Below are positions 49,314 to 63,207 of a stretch of 64,000 nt of DNA, in pieces. The notes below the pieces were generated by a model. That model was given only the letters and a program-made list of their open reading frames with translations. It made no database searches and was not told where the DNA came from. The stretch comes from Cirrosporium novae-zelandiae (Eukaryota), in NCBI GenBank assembly GCA_026023565.1, contig JAPETS010000004.1, positions 372,001 through 436,000 on the forward strand, given 5' to 3'. The translations under genes and the position numbers were made by a program. The number at the start of each line of letters is the position of its first letter. The first letter of the stretch is position 1.

Positions 49314-51137
49314 ATGGAGAAGAGTAATCTCGATCCAGAATCTGGTCGTGGTCCAAGCCCAAAGTCCTTCTCCCATTGGACTCTCATCCTCAACCAAGCA
49401 CCACTCACGCCAGAGATTGAAAATTGGAATTATGAAGGATCTGGAACCGATGAGGATCCTTACGTTGTTGGCTGGATTGAAAACGACCCTCGCGACCCTA
49501 TGCGCACTCCCGTCTGGAAGAAGTGGGTTTTTACGTATATAGAGGCCATCCTCACACTTGCTGTCGCATTCGGATCAAGCTCTTATGCTGGTAGCATAGA
49601 TAGCACAATTGAAGATTTTAATGTCTCTGTTGAGATTGCGACTCTAGGTCTTGCTCTGTAGGTATAGATCTATATAAATATTAATTCCTAAAGACTGACC
49701 TTCTGATTAAGGTATGTCCTTGGCTTTGCGCTAGGTCCAGTGATCTGGGCCCCCTTGAGCGAGAACAATGGCCGTCAAAGTGTTCTTTTCGTCTCATATG
49801 GCTTATTCACCATATTCAATGCCGCCGCAGTTGGGTCCCCGAATATTACTGCGTTGATCATTTTCCGTTTTCTTGCAGGAACATTTGGATCCTCTCCGTA
49901 CACCAATGCAGGAGCTGTATGCACATTCCACAATCCGTATCAATCGTTAACCCTCAGACTGACTAACATATCCTTCTAGGTGATTGCAGATATCTTTTCC
50001 GTATCTGAACGTGGCTTCGCTATGACACTTTTTGCCGCTGCTCCTTTTATGGGGCCCGTCATTGGACCAATTATCGGTGGCTTCCTTGGAGAAGCTGCAG
50101 GCTGGCGCTGGGTTCAGGGCCTTCTCGCCCTCTTCTCTGGTGCCCTCTGGATTATCTCTGCCCTCGTGGTCCCCGAGACCTACGCCCCTTACCTTCTGCA
50201 CAAGCGTGCTGAGAAGCTCTCCAAGATAACTGGTAAAGTATATAAGAGTGGTATTGAGGCCATCCGCGGCAGGAAATCAACCTTGGAACTTCTGAAGACC
50301 GCATTATTACGACCGTTGGTGCTTCTTTTCCACGAACCGATTGTTGGCCTGCTTTCGCTTTGGATGGCCATCGTTTATGGGACGCTTTACCTTCTCTTTG
50401 GCGCCTATCCCATCGTCTATCAAGAAAAACGCGGCTGGTCTCAAGGTGTCGGTTCGCTTCCATACCTCGGAATCATGATCGGCATGTTTGGTGCCATCCT
50501 CTACAATTACATGGACAACGAGCGCTATAAGCGCAAGGTAAAGAAGGATGGTCCCGCCCCACCTGAATCACGTCTTCCCTCCGCCATGGTTGGAGGCATT
50601 GCGCTCACAATCGGGCTCTTCTGGTTTGCATGGACATGCACCCCTTCCATCCATTGGATCGTAAGCGTCATTTCCGGAGCACCGTTTGGCTTCGGCATGG
50701 TCCTCATTTTCGTCGCCATCAAAAACTACCTAGTAGACGCGTACACAATTTTCGCAGCCTCCACGCTCGCCGCGACCGTCTTCCTACGCTCGATTTTCGG
50801 GTTTGCCTTTCCCCTCTTTACGACTTACATGTACGACGCTTTGGGCCTAAACTGGGCGAGCATGATCCCGGCTTTCTTGGCGCTAGCTTGTTCCCCGATG
50901 CCTTTTTTATTTTATAAATTCGGGATTGTTATCCGTGCCAAATGTAAATTTGCAAGTGAGGCGGATATGTATATGAAAAAGCTGCAAATGCAGGTTGGGG
51001 AAGGGCTACAGACGAGCCAAGGGAATACGCCAAGAGATGAGAGTAGAATTGATATTCAGAATGGAGAAAAGGAAGCGGGAGTTCTGGATTTTCAGGACGG
51101 GGAAAAGTTGCCACGGCCAGATTCTAATAAGGAATGA
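49314..51137 (+). CDS. MFS DHA1 multidrug/polyamine transporter (Tpo/Flu1-like)
   Basis: DPRDP..W.KW, WAPLSE..GR, RFLAG.FGS, GPVIGPIIGG, PETY and PESRL. Introns 49658-49711 and 49917-49979. Confidence 0.92.
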
Positions 51138-51708
51138 AGACGGATTAATGGGTAAAGTGCTATGTAGTTACATATGAACGTGTTATTGATAAAGTTGACG
51201 ATGTCTTTCCAATGGTCCACTGACTATACTTTGATAGATAATTGTATTACAGACCCCACTCCTACTGTGGGGGAGGGGTTCTAATGAGTGGACCCTTGGC
51301 CAAAACTCTATCAGGGTCGACGTAGATTTAACATAATTACCGCATTCGGTGTAGGACACATCTGATAAAGTTAAGTTAGACGAGTCATAACCTTGAAATT
51401 AGATTGTCAAAAGGAATTCTACCGTTCACACGACTTACTTTCGTAGTTGCGCTCGATGAGAATGCAATGCATGAGTCTAAGGTCACACATGAGGCCTGAA
51501 GGATGAATTTCCCTGTACATGTACAGTACATTACATGTTGAAAGGAAGGGAGGGGGTTCGTGAGGTAGGCATCTTGTATCTTTGAAGAGCCAGGTCTCAA
51601 TGGTAATCTGTTATTTATTTTTGACGTCAGCATATATCTAGCTGGAACGTGACTGTTGTAGGGGCATGAGGGAATTTATATATCGGAATGCTCTTGATAA
51701 TACTTGTT

Positions 51709-51728
51709 AATATATTGTCTCTGATTGG
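51709..51728 (-). promoter_or_regulatory. CCAAT-N12-RWT bipartite CBC:HapX-type site upstream of SDH2
   Basis: Minus strand reads CCAAT-CAGAGACAATAT-ATT(AA). Confidence 0.5.
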
Positions 51729-51965
51729 CTACAACATTGGTGACATAATCATAACCTCGGGCTTTACCTCTTTCATGCTTCCTCATTAGATCCTTGTTCC
51801 GCTTCCTCCCACTTCGTCTTCATCTCATCTGGCATTGTTCGTTAATCTCCACTCAATTCTTTTAATTCTTACCTTTCTTTTGCCTCAGTTCTTTATATCG
51901 GGTGAGTATAGTATCTTCTCTTAAACATGAGTTTCGTTAATAATTGTGAAGGTATTATCGACGTC

Positions 51966-53167
<1,202 letters not shown>

Positions 53168-53518
53168 GCAATAGCGTAGAAGTTCAACCGATAGGAGCGC
53201 CATCTTCTGTTTACTGGCTCGTCATGCGTCGAACCGGTGTATATATTGAGCAAATTACAAATTGGGAATGCGATGGCGTTGTCAAGCTTTTGCTGGCCAA
53301 TGATATGTATTAATGTACTCACGTGTACTAGGTCCGGAATGGACTTTCATAGAATACATATTAAAATTGAAACAGTCAAAATAGATTCCTCCTTGTAGAT
53401 AGATGGGAGATAGGATGTACCCATGTCCGAGAAACAATGGTGACGGCCGAACTCACTATAAGAAACTATTACTTCTCGAATGTTTCAGATTTGGGGTTTT
53501 CAATATAGTATCATTTTC

Positions 53519-54522
53519 TTATATTGTATGCTTATAGTTTTGATGCCAGGTATAATCCCGATTTGCTTGCAACAGCTCCCGGATAACTTCTTTCCCGTCT
53601 TTTGGTGGCCTCCCTAGCATTTTCTCTATTAGCGGATCAACGGCAGCACATTCACCCCTTGCAATCCCATCAAACCATGTCAATTGAGCGCGGAAGAAGA
53701 CTTCCCTTTTCTTGCCTTCGTCATTCGCAGTCCTGATGCGAATAAATTCTTCACCCGAAACTTTTTTCAATGTTACTAAGCGCCCAGTTATCTGATTCAC
53801 CACATCTAATATATCTGCCATGGTATATGCCTTCGGTCCAGTAAATAGCACTGTTTTACCATTAAACTCATTTGAACCCGCGAACATTAACTTCGCAGTC
53901 GCCTCCCCAAGCTCTTCTCTTGAAACCCAGGCGATTGGGCCGTCTACAGGCAATACTATTTCCGTGGAAGCTGGGTACCAGCCCGTAAAGACGGGGAATG
54001 CTTCTGCATAGACGCCTTCGCGGACTGATGTGAATGGGACGCTAGATTCCCAGAGCCACTTTTCGGTTTGGAGATGGGGGAGCTGGAGGAGGACCTTGGA
54101 GGTTGAGGCGTGGCCACCGAAGGAAAGAGAGGTGTAATATATCTGATTCCATCAGTTCTTGACCTGTGTGTCTAGAGCTTCTCCGATGGAAGCGCCGTGG
54201 ACCCTTAACTCACATGCTTTACGCCTGCCTCCTTGGCAGCTTTGATCACATTCATATGTTGCCGTTCTCGCTGCTTGTTGTCCATCGTGGGGCTAGATAC
54301 GAAGAGCAATTTCTCCACGTCGTGAAATGCATTCACCAGTGACGTATAGTTATCATAAGAAGCTTGTCGAAAAGGGATTCCTACGTCTTCGAATTGGGAC
54401 GCTGCTGAGGCGCGAGAGGAGGAAGCCACCAGATCAGCCTTGGCGACTTGGAGAGAGAGATGATGCAGGATGGAGGCGCCAAGGCCCCCAGTTGCACCTG
54501 TAATAAGGTATTTGATGGCCAT
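53519..54522 (-). CDS. NmrA-like NAD(P)-binding protein
   Basis: YLITGATGGLG Rossmann motif and AAKEAGVKH|IYYTS across intron 54143-54213. Confidence 0.88.
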
Positions 54523-55880
54523 TTTGAAGATTGGTCCCTTAGACTATCTAGAAACTTGGGTTGAGTTGCAAGGACCTCATAGTGAGGGCTTCTTTTAAAA
54601 TTTTCTATATCCATGTATTTATAAGCCAAAGCTGCTAAGACGATTACCAATCAGAATTTCGAAGCCTTTCTATGTATGCCTAAGAAGGATTTGAATTTGC
54701 TGTATTGACAGCTAGTTGCAGGAAGACTAATCATTTAGATGAAAAACGTGCACGGAAGTGTTGGTATGGTGGTGGACACAGCAATGATCAAGTAGTCTGG
54801 GTAGGCGGGTGTATGTAGTGATAACATGAAAGGATGCTATCAGCGCTTAATCAGTGTTGGATAAAAACTTGGTTTTAAGAGGCAATGGAGACTGAATTTG
54901 GTGTTTATCACGACATTCATCAATTGTAGGCAAATATCACCATCTGATTAATAGAAAAGGTGACTTCTGAAGAGACTCGGTTAGAGATTGTTCAACCCAC
55001 CCTTCCCACCTTCTTCAACCCTCGGAGACCAAAAAAATATATCCGAGGCCAAGGTCTTAGCTAACCTTTAGGTATATTTGAAGCTTTTGTCCATATCCAT
55101 TTCATGCTATTGTCAAATCATTCTACCTACTTTTGTATTAGTTCTCTGTGTCTTATTTGGTCTTGAAGATAACGGCATTGTCTGCTTTTGCTCTAATCTC
55201 TGACAATTGGAATAAATGGTGGGAATTGTTACATTGCATTGTCTCAACATCCCATTACTTACCATCAGGAATTATTTCGGATCAGCTCCCTGGTTCGAAA
55301 TGGAATATATTATCCCAACGATATTCATGTCAAATAATATCATGCAACGTTGACCGAACTTGGCTAGCAACGATGCCTGTTTCCCCGCAATGCAGGAACA
55401 ACATCGATTATTCTTCAACAACAACAACAACACCACCATGCTCTTGATGCCTCAATGCCTCCAAGTCTCCAAAGCTCCAGCTCTTGACCTTCCGCCCGTT
55501 CCTTGACTATCAAGGTCCACGAATAATATTTGTTGGCGGTCCCCCTTCACTGTCTGCTAAATAACTCAATTAGACTCCGCTCTCCTCCTTCCGCTTCCTT
55601 ATTTTGTTTACCCGAACCCCATTTCCACTTTGTTTCATTTAAATATCAGCGTGTTTTTGTGACCTGCCTTTCTCAACTCGGAGAAATTTCTAATATTGTG
55701 TAGCGTTATTCTTCTGCATGAGATTGGATTTCTCCCGTGCTCGTGTTATTTCTCCGCCTCCCCCACTTACCCCCTAGCTTTGAATTATTATTTACTAAAA
55801 GGCCTGTCTTTCCTGATGGATTACCTTTCTTCTCCAGCCACCTCTCCTCAAACTCTAACCTTTCCTCTTGTTTTCCCAAG

Positions 55881-57446
55881 ATGAAGGTCAGCATTTTCTC
55901 CTTCGCAGCTTTGCTGCTTCCTTCATTAGTATCTGCTCAGCTTTCTGGGGACGTTGGGCCACTCACTACCTACAAGACTAAGCTTGCAACGAAAACTTGC
56001 AATGTGCTCAACTATGGTGCAGTCGCCGACAAGTCCACTGACCTGGGCCCTCCTTTAACATCGGCCTGGGCAGCGTGCAAGTCCGGAGGCGTAGTGGTGA
56101 TCCCCTCCGGCAACTATGCCTTGGAAACCTGGGTGACACTTACCGGTGGTTCCGCCACAGGCATTCAGCTTGACGGCATTATATATCGTACCGGGACGTC
56201 CAGCGGGAACATGATTTTCATTGAACATACAACCGACTTTGAGCTATACAGTACTACCAGCGAAGGAGCCGTCCAAGGCTATGGATATGTGTTCCATAAG
56301 GCAGGCTCGTATGGGGCTAGGATCCTCAGATTGTATAAGGTCACCCATTTCTCCATACATGATATTGCTCTTGTCGACGGTGAGATTTCCAGTTTAACAT
56401 GTTATAAAATCTGAATCCCAATTAATGCATCCCCATAGCTCCACAATACCACTTGAGTATGGATACCTGCGAAGATGGCGAGGTGTATAATATGGTAATT
56501 TATGGAGGCAACGAAGGTGGTCTCGATGGCATTGACGTCTGGGGGTCTAATATGTACATCCACGACATTGAAGTCTCGAACAAAGACGAATGTGTGACGG
56601 TTAAAAACCCCTCCGACCACATGCTTATTTCCGACATCTACTGCAACTGGTCTGGCGGTAAGCAATCCTCGGGCTTAATCTTAACTCTAATGTTTTTCTA
56701 ATGTTTATTGTCCTCCCCAGGCTGCGCTATCGGCTCGCTAGGTGCAGATACTTATATTCATCATATCGAATACCAATATGTGTATAGCGCGAATTGCAAT
56801 CAAATGATGATGCTCAAGTCCAATGGCGGTTCTGGAAACGTAACCCGCGTTTCCTTCACCAACTTCATCGGACATGCAAATGCCTACAGTCTTGACATTA
56901 ATGGTATTGATACCCAGCACGATTCCCCCAACCCATGTTAATCATCTCTTCAGGTTACTGGACCGACGCCTCTGAAGCCGACGGTGATGGTGTTCTCTAT
57001 ACCAAACTTACCTTCGAGGACTGGAAGGGCGATTGCGCTAATGGAGGTAAGCTGGCTAACCTACTCAATTCCGCTAATCGGTTTCCACTTGCTGACTCCT
57101 CCGCCCAGCCACCCGCGCCCCTATTAATGTGATCTGCCCCGACGGCAACCCTTGCACTAACATCCAGGTCGAGGACTTCAGCATGTGGACCAACTCGGGT
57201 TCCAAGGAGTATTACAAGTGTCGGTCCGCTTGGGGAGACGGAGGATGTCTCCGTAGCGGAAGCGCGCACACATCTTACACCACCTCCACGGTGACGGTGA
57301 CGACGGCTACGAGTTGGAGTGCAAGTTACATGCCAAGCGACTTGACTACTGGGTTTGCTATTAGCAAAAGTATCTCAATCCCAACCATTCCCACGAGCTT
57401 TTATCCGGGGAGAACCCCGGTCAGTTCGCTCTTGGGAAGTAGTTAG
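55881..57446 (+). CDS. Secreted rhamnogalacturonan hydrolase (GH28, RhgA-like)
   Basis: Signal peptide then [41 protein letters not shown] and MLKSNGGSG. Introns 56380-56438, 56658-56720, 56904-56953 and 57047-57108. Confidence 0.93.
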
Positions 57447-59241
57447 ATGTGAGAGAGGCACGTGATATAAAAAGTGCTAGTGGTAAACAAAAAGTGTTTT
57501 ATTTGTTGAAAGTAATACAGATAAGGTCGTCTTATGTAAATACAATTGAGCTGTCTGAAGTTTCGATTCGTACGTGTCATGGCTAGTAGACTGTAGTAGG
57601 GGAAATGGTTGTTTGGCAAGGTGGGGTTGTTTTCCAGGAATCTAACGGAATCGGGGTAGGCTTTGTACGTAGTGTTTACCTCAAATGGTTAAATTCCGTG
57701 TGACCGCCCTATTGTACAAGTGCTAGTAATTGGCTTCCCTAGCACTAGAAATACTTGATGGATGGATACTCTCATAATTACCGAATATGGGAGCAAAACA
57801 GTGCACGCACGCTCGACCTCAGTGCCGAGTTCTCGATTTTCTATTGAGATGGGTTGGGGTATATTACGGTGAGATTACCCGCCGGCCCCTTTCTAAACGA
57901 ATTCCAGCCTATTGTGTACTCTACCTAGGTACTTGGCAGGAGAGCTAGACGATCATGTCTGATTTTGCATCAACTTTAGACTTGTTGGGTCAAAAGTATC
58001 TAAAGGCTTTCTACGTTATTGTATAATAAGTGGCTGGAAGTCCATGTGATGAGTCATGATGATGATTTATTTAAATAGTGGATCGTAAATCGGATTGGAC
58101 GAAAGCAAAAGTGTCCTGCCACATGAATAACGTACTGCGGGCAACGTATCCAGGTGAGACAATGGGGAAAGTAAAGTTGTTTTTTTTATATGTCACGTGG
58201 CTCAGAGGTGACGAGGTTGGCGGGTAGATTACGGAAAGAAGCGAGGTTAATGGCACGAATGGTAAAAGAGAAGACGAAGGGTGACGGTTAGAAGGAAGGA
58301 GAGAGCGGATTTCGCCGAGGTTTAGTGGATAGACTTTAATTGCAGATCAAATATTTCAGTTGACATTGATACAGTCAGTGAGTGAATTTTGGAAGATTCA
58401 ATGGTTCATGATAGATGAATAGTAGGATCAAAAAGGAATGGTTTGAATCAAAATTCAGATGAGCTTGGCGGGGCTTATCAGTTGGAGACTTGGGAGGACG
58501 AATTGGTTTAACGGTTTTTAGAAAGTGGCCGGCTAGTGTCGAACCTACTGTAGGTACTGGAGGTAACTGTTAGGTACGTTAGGTACTTCCAAGGTCCTCT
58601 CTGCCTTTTAACCCTCGGCTTTTCGGCTTTGAATGAGGTTTACCACTACAAGAGTTCCCCAAGAGCTTACCTTTTATGTCTTGGTACTCTTGATAGCTGT
58701 CTTAGTTTGGTTTTTTTTTCTTGTTCTTCTTCTTCTTATTGCCCGGGGTACAGCTAAGCAACTAATGTATGTAATGTGGTTTTAGAGTACATCCAACTAA
58801 ACTGAAAAGATAGCTATGGCCTGAATTCAGTCAATCGACACATCACGCTTGGACAGCTCTGGTCGCTCTGACTACGGGACAGTGAAAAAACCATTCACTT
58901 CCTAAATTTCACTTAAATTGCCCATCCCTCGCACCTCCTCTATTTCCTTCTGTTTGACGGAAATTCTCTCAACCTTTTCCCGAGTCCTTTTGGTCCTTCG
59001 CTGAACTTCCTGTTTATACAGGGTTGCCCCTCTCAAATACGGTCGTTCCAGCTTTATCATATTATCAAGCTGAATTGAATTTTCGCCCGGAGCATCTTCT
59101 GCTTTACCCGACTTCCTCAAACTTCATAAACTCCACATTTATTTCGGTGCATACGCCAATCATCAATTATCAATCCCCCCAATCATCACCCACCACCCAT
59201 TTGCACCCTTCAAACCCCTCCCCAAAAATAAAACAGTCATC

Positions 59242-59932
59242 ATGCTCCAACTCACTGCTATTGCCTTCACTGGCTTCCTCTGCCAGTTTGTTGCTGGAAC
59301 TTCTAGCAATTATACCATTGATACCAGCGAAGTTTCTCTCTCCACTAGAAGTAAGAGCATTGCCACTCTTTTTCAGCGTCGAATTATTAAATAGCTGACT
59401 TGGATAGATTCTTGGTGCAATGCCGAGTATACCTCTTGCGATACCCTCTGTGGAGGCTCAGCTTCAACCAACACCTGCGATGGGGTACTTATTGCTTCCG
59501 CAACACAGGATTTTTGAACCTTGTAACTGATGCCAGTTGATTTAGTCCAGCCTGAACTACACCTGCACTTGCCCCAATGGCGAGTCTCCAGATCTCGCTG
59601 AATACACAGATACCATGCCATACTATATCTGTACCGAAGCCTCGAATGAATGCGTTGCCGATAACCCAAATAATGCTACAGGCCAAGAAGACTGTCGCTC
59701 CTACTACAGCTGCGGCACCAAGAATGTCAGTGATGCTACCTATGCCGCGTCCTCCAGCAGCTCCTCTGCATCAGCCAGTGCTACTGCAGCTTCTACTACC
59801 ACAGCTTCTGGATCTTCTGCAACAGCGACTGCTACCAGCACCGAAAATGCTGCCGTTGCCCATATCGCCGAGAAATACTCCACTGGTATCGTTGCAGCGG
59901 GTCTAGCTGCTGTTTTCGGTCTCCTTCTCTAG
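59242..59932 (+). CDS. Small secreted Cys-rich GPI-anchored protein (DUF7707-like)
   Basis: Signal peptide, WC...C..LC...N.C...Y.C.C domain, Ser/Thr/Ala stalk and hydrophobic tail. Introns 59351-59407 and 59485-59545. Confidence 0.85.
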
Positions 59933-60990
59933 ATGAGGGCTCTGGCTCTTTTGATTTATTGGGGGATGCCATGGGAATTATCTTTGACGTGTAATGTTTC
60001 TTTATCAGCGGGGAGCACGAGGAGTGTCATTGGTAAAGAGGGGATGTTTATTCGGAACCGGATTTAAGAGCAAAGCGCAGGATAATATACAAGTGGAAGC
60101 ACTTCATAAGTCGCACTCTCTTGTCCGGCTGGTCACTAAGGGGTTCTAAGATTTCTTATGAAGGGTCTGAGACTATATCGGACTGGCTTCGCAGGTACTT
60201 TTTCGATGTACAACTTTTAATAATAACAAGGCGGCAAGCATCCGCACGAGCTTTGGATGATTGTGATTTTAGCGGTAGTCATTAACAAAACAAAAATCTC
60301 AAATTTGATCAAAAGTAGCTATTCAATCGTTACGTGATTGTCTTTTGCCATATGTAGAGACCTACAACATTTGTGTAATTTTTCGAGTGGAGTTTTGATG
60401 ATGTTGATGCTTGATGTTCCATAGACTATTTTGTATTACGGTGGAGAGAATTTGGTATGAAAAGTAGAGTAGGCACATGTATGTTGTAATATACCGTGTT
60501 CTGGGCATACAAAATGACCTAAGCTCGCAGCTGGTAAGTTGGGGGCTGTTGTGGATCTTTTACCAACCCAACCGTGCCAACCTGCCAACGTAATTCTCAT
60601 TCTTCCCCCCCCCCGGACACTCGGACCTAAACTTTGCCGATTGATTGTTCTTGCTACCATTGACGTTGTTGGTTCCAAGCTTTCATCATCTATCAATCTT
60701 CAGCCCTTCATCCAAGAACTACATTTGCTCATCAAAGATATAATTATCCTCACAAATAATACCCAAGAAAATCTTATAATCACATCTACAGTCTCCTTGA
60801 CACCTTTAAACTACTATTCATTGCACCTGTCGAATCCTCGCTCAATTGTCTCCTAGCCAGTCCCACGTCATTTCCTCAAAATCTATCTATTATTACTAGT
60901 ACTCGTACCTCTGCTACACCGTGAGACGCTACAAAATTCATTCAAATTAGGTAGCGACGGTAGACTATTCGGGTAATCTCTACCCGTATA

Positions 60991-62247
60991 ATGCACCCAT
61001 TCGGAGGTCGTGTGTCGCGGCACTTTGGCAATTCGGTATGCTCAATCAACTCATCCTAAAATCATACTTAAACATGGCTTCCCCAGCTGCCTTCAGGAGC
61101 TCTTCAAGTTCCTCGTCTCTTTCCGACCTGTCAGATTCAAACTTTGATGGGCTTTCCCTAAATTTTCTCCATGATGCTACAAATAAAGGCAAGGCTAGAG
61201 CTGACACTGAGGTGGAACCACAGTTAAGTCCCGAGGATGCCTACTTATGCTGTATGTGCCATCGCCCTCTTTAACAAATGATGATATCTAACTCTTTCCG
61301 CAACCAGATCATGAAATCCGATGTGTGGGCACCTTACCAGGAAACCCATTTCCATTAAAGTACAAGTGCTAATAATGGACATAGTGACGAAGGAGGATGT
61401 GGATACACTGAAGGATGACTGGTTAACAGACAATGTAAGCGAGTCTAGCGCTTGGTTCAATGACATTATGCTAATCTATCTCTGAGACAATTTCTTTCTG
61501 GGAAGAGTATGAGTCCTCTTCCATTCATCCAGCTAGAATCCTGTCAGTCGAGGGCTATTTCTAATTATAGCAGATACCTCGAACATGAACATTTGTACAA
61601 GTATACAAGCTCCCACATTGTCCTCCTACGACCTTCAATGTCATTCCTGCTCCTTCAGACACCAGACCCAAGCACATTAAAAGGCGTTTTACCAGATTTG
61701 TCAAAGACCACCCACATATTCCTCCCTATCAATGACTGCGCAAACGTTAATCAACCAGAAGGTGGTACACACTGGTCGCTATTACTTGTCAGCGTTATTG
61801 ACGGAGTATCGTTTCACTATGATTCCATGGATCCTCAAAATTTCCGGGATGCACAAAATACATCCTTCAAGATCAGTAAACTTCTCGGATTGCAAAGACC
61901 TTTACGGTTTATCAATCTTGAAAGCCCACAGCAAAATAATTCAATGGATTGTGGAGTCTTTGTATGCATATTGATGAAATTTCTACTACTCAATAAGCTT
62001 CTATTACACAACTCCAACGAGAAAGTGAGCATGTCCATGGCGGGAAAGCAGATTGATGCAGCAGGTGGAAGGAAGGAGATGCTCAAAGTCATTGAAAGCT
62101 TCAGGAAGGAAGGCGAAAGGAGAAGATCGTATGGCATGTGTTCAACCTTGAATGTCTAAATGCTAACAGTCAAGCAGTCGCAGCGCAAGCCCATTTCGGC
62201 CAGGGAGCAAGAAGTTATCGAAAAGTCCACCCAGAATTGATTATTGA
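60991..62247 (+). CDS. denA: NEDD8-specific Ulp1-family protease (DEN1/SENP8/DenA)
   Basis: WLTDNTISFWEEYLE, FLPIND, GGTHWSLL, HYDSM and QQNNSMDCG. Exons 60991-61035, 61224-61251, 61308-61322, 61385-61434, 61487-61506, 61574-62128 and 62178-62247. Confidence 0.88.
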
Positions 62248-63207
62248 TATCCGATGACAAGAGAGTCGTCACGTTTTCTAGAGGTATTTTTGCTCGCTAT
62301 TCGGAAGGGATCATAGGGCATATTCGAAAAAAGAGCTAATTAGTTTATGCATGATGAAAATAAATATTTATGAATCATTTAACTTGTGGCGATTGAGCTG
62401 ATGAGCAAGCATTTGCCTTGATATGATTCCTAGTAAAGGCCCAACACCAATGAATAATTGTTCATCGGATCAAGATGGTTACTTGTCCCCAGGTTTCGGA
62501 AGGAGCTACTGGTGGTTTCTATCACGTTTCTTTTTGAGTGATTTAACGGAATCGTTTTGTTTCATATGTCCCAATTCCCAGGCCTGCAAGATATGACTTG
62601 AAGAAAACAACAATTACCGGTATGAACAACATGCAGATATCAAATTCATTTTAACCAACATAATCTCATTCATCTTCCGTTCATGATTCGTTTTGGAAGG
62701 AAGAGAAGACGAAAAACTTAGATACACTGGCTAGGATTGTCTAGACCTTGTGATTGGCCATTCACATCCGCCTGATGACGCCGACTTTGGTTGATCGGCA
62801 ACCAACCAACCAGCTAGGCAACCATGTGTTAACAACACCCCGAATTTGCGCCAGGCTTTGCCATCTGTTTATCCGAACTTTGCCGAACATCTGCATTCAA
62901 ACAAAACTTTAACGATCAATAGTACAACTCCAATATTGATGCTAGCAAACCTCCTAGGTGACATGAAAAAAAGTGAGACTCAGAAAACATACCTTAACAT
63001 GCGCCTTGAAGGATGAATTTAACCCATGATTGATGCACTATTCACACTGGGGGAATCTCAATAATGAAAACGCCTTTGGAAAAAATTCCGTAACGGCTTC
63101 ATGTGAATGACTGTTCCACCCTCCGAAAGTAAACCCTAAGTATACAAATTTAAGAAATAATAATTGACGATAAATGTTTGTTGTGTCTGCGTAAAATATA
63201 TACCGTT

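Noticed and set aside
55737..55880. In-frame GTG-started extension upstream of the rhamnogalacturonase
   Set aside because: Pyrimidine-rich 5' UTR. The ATG at 55881 begins a good signal peptide.
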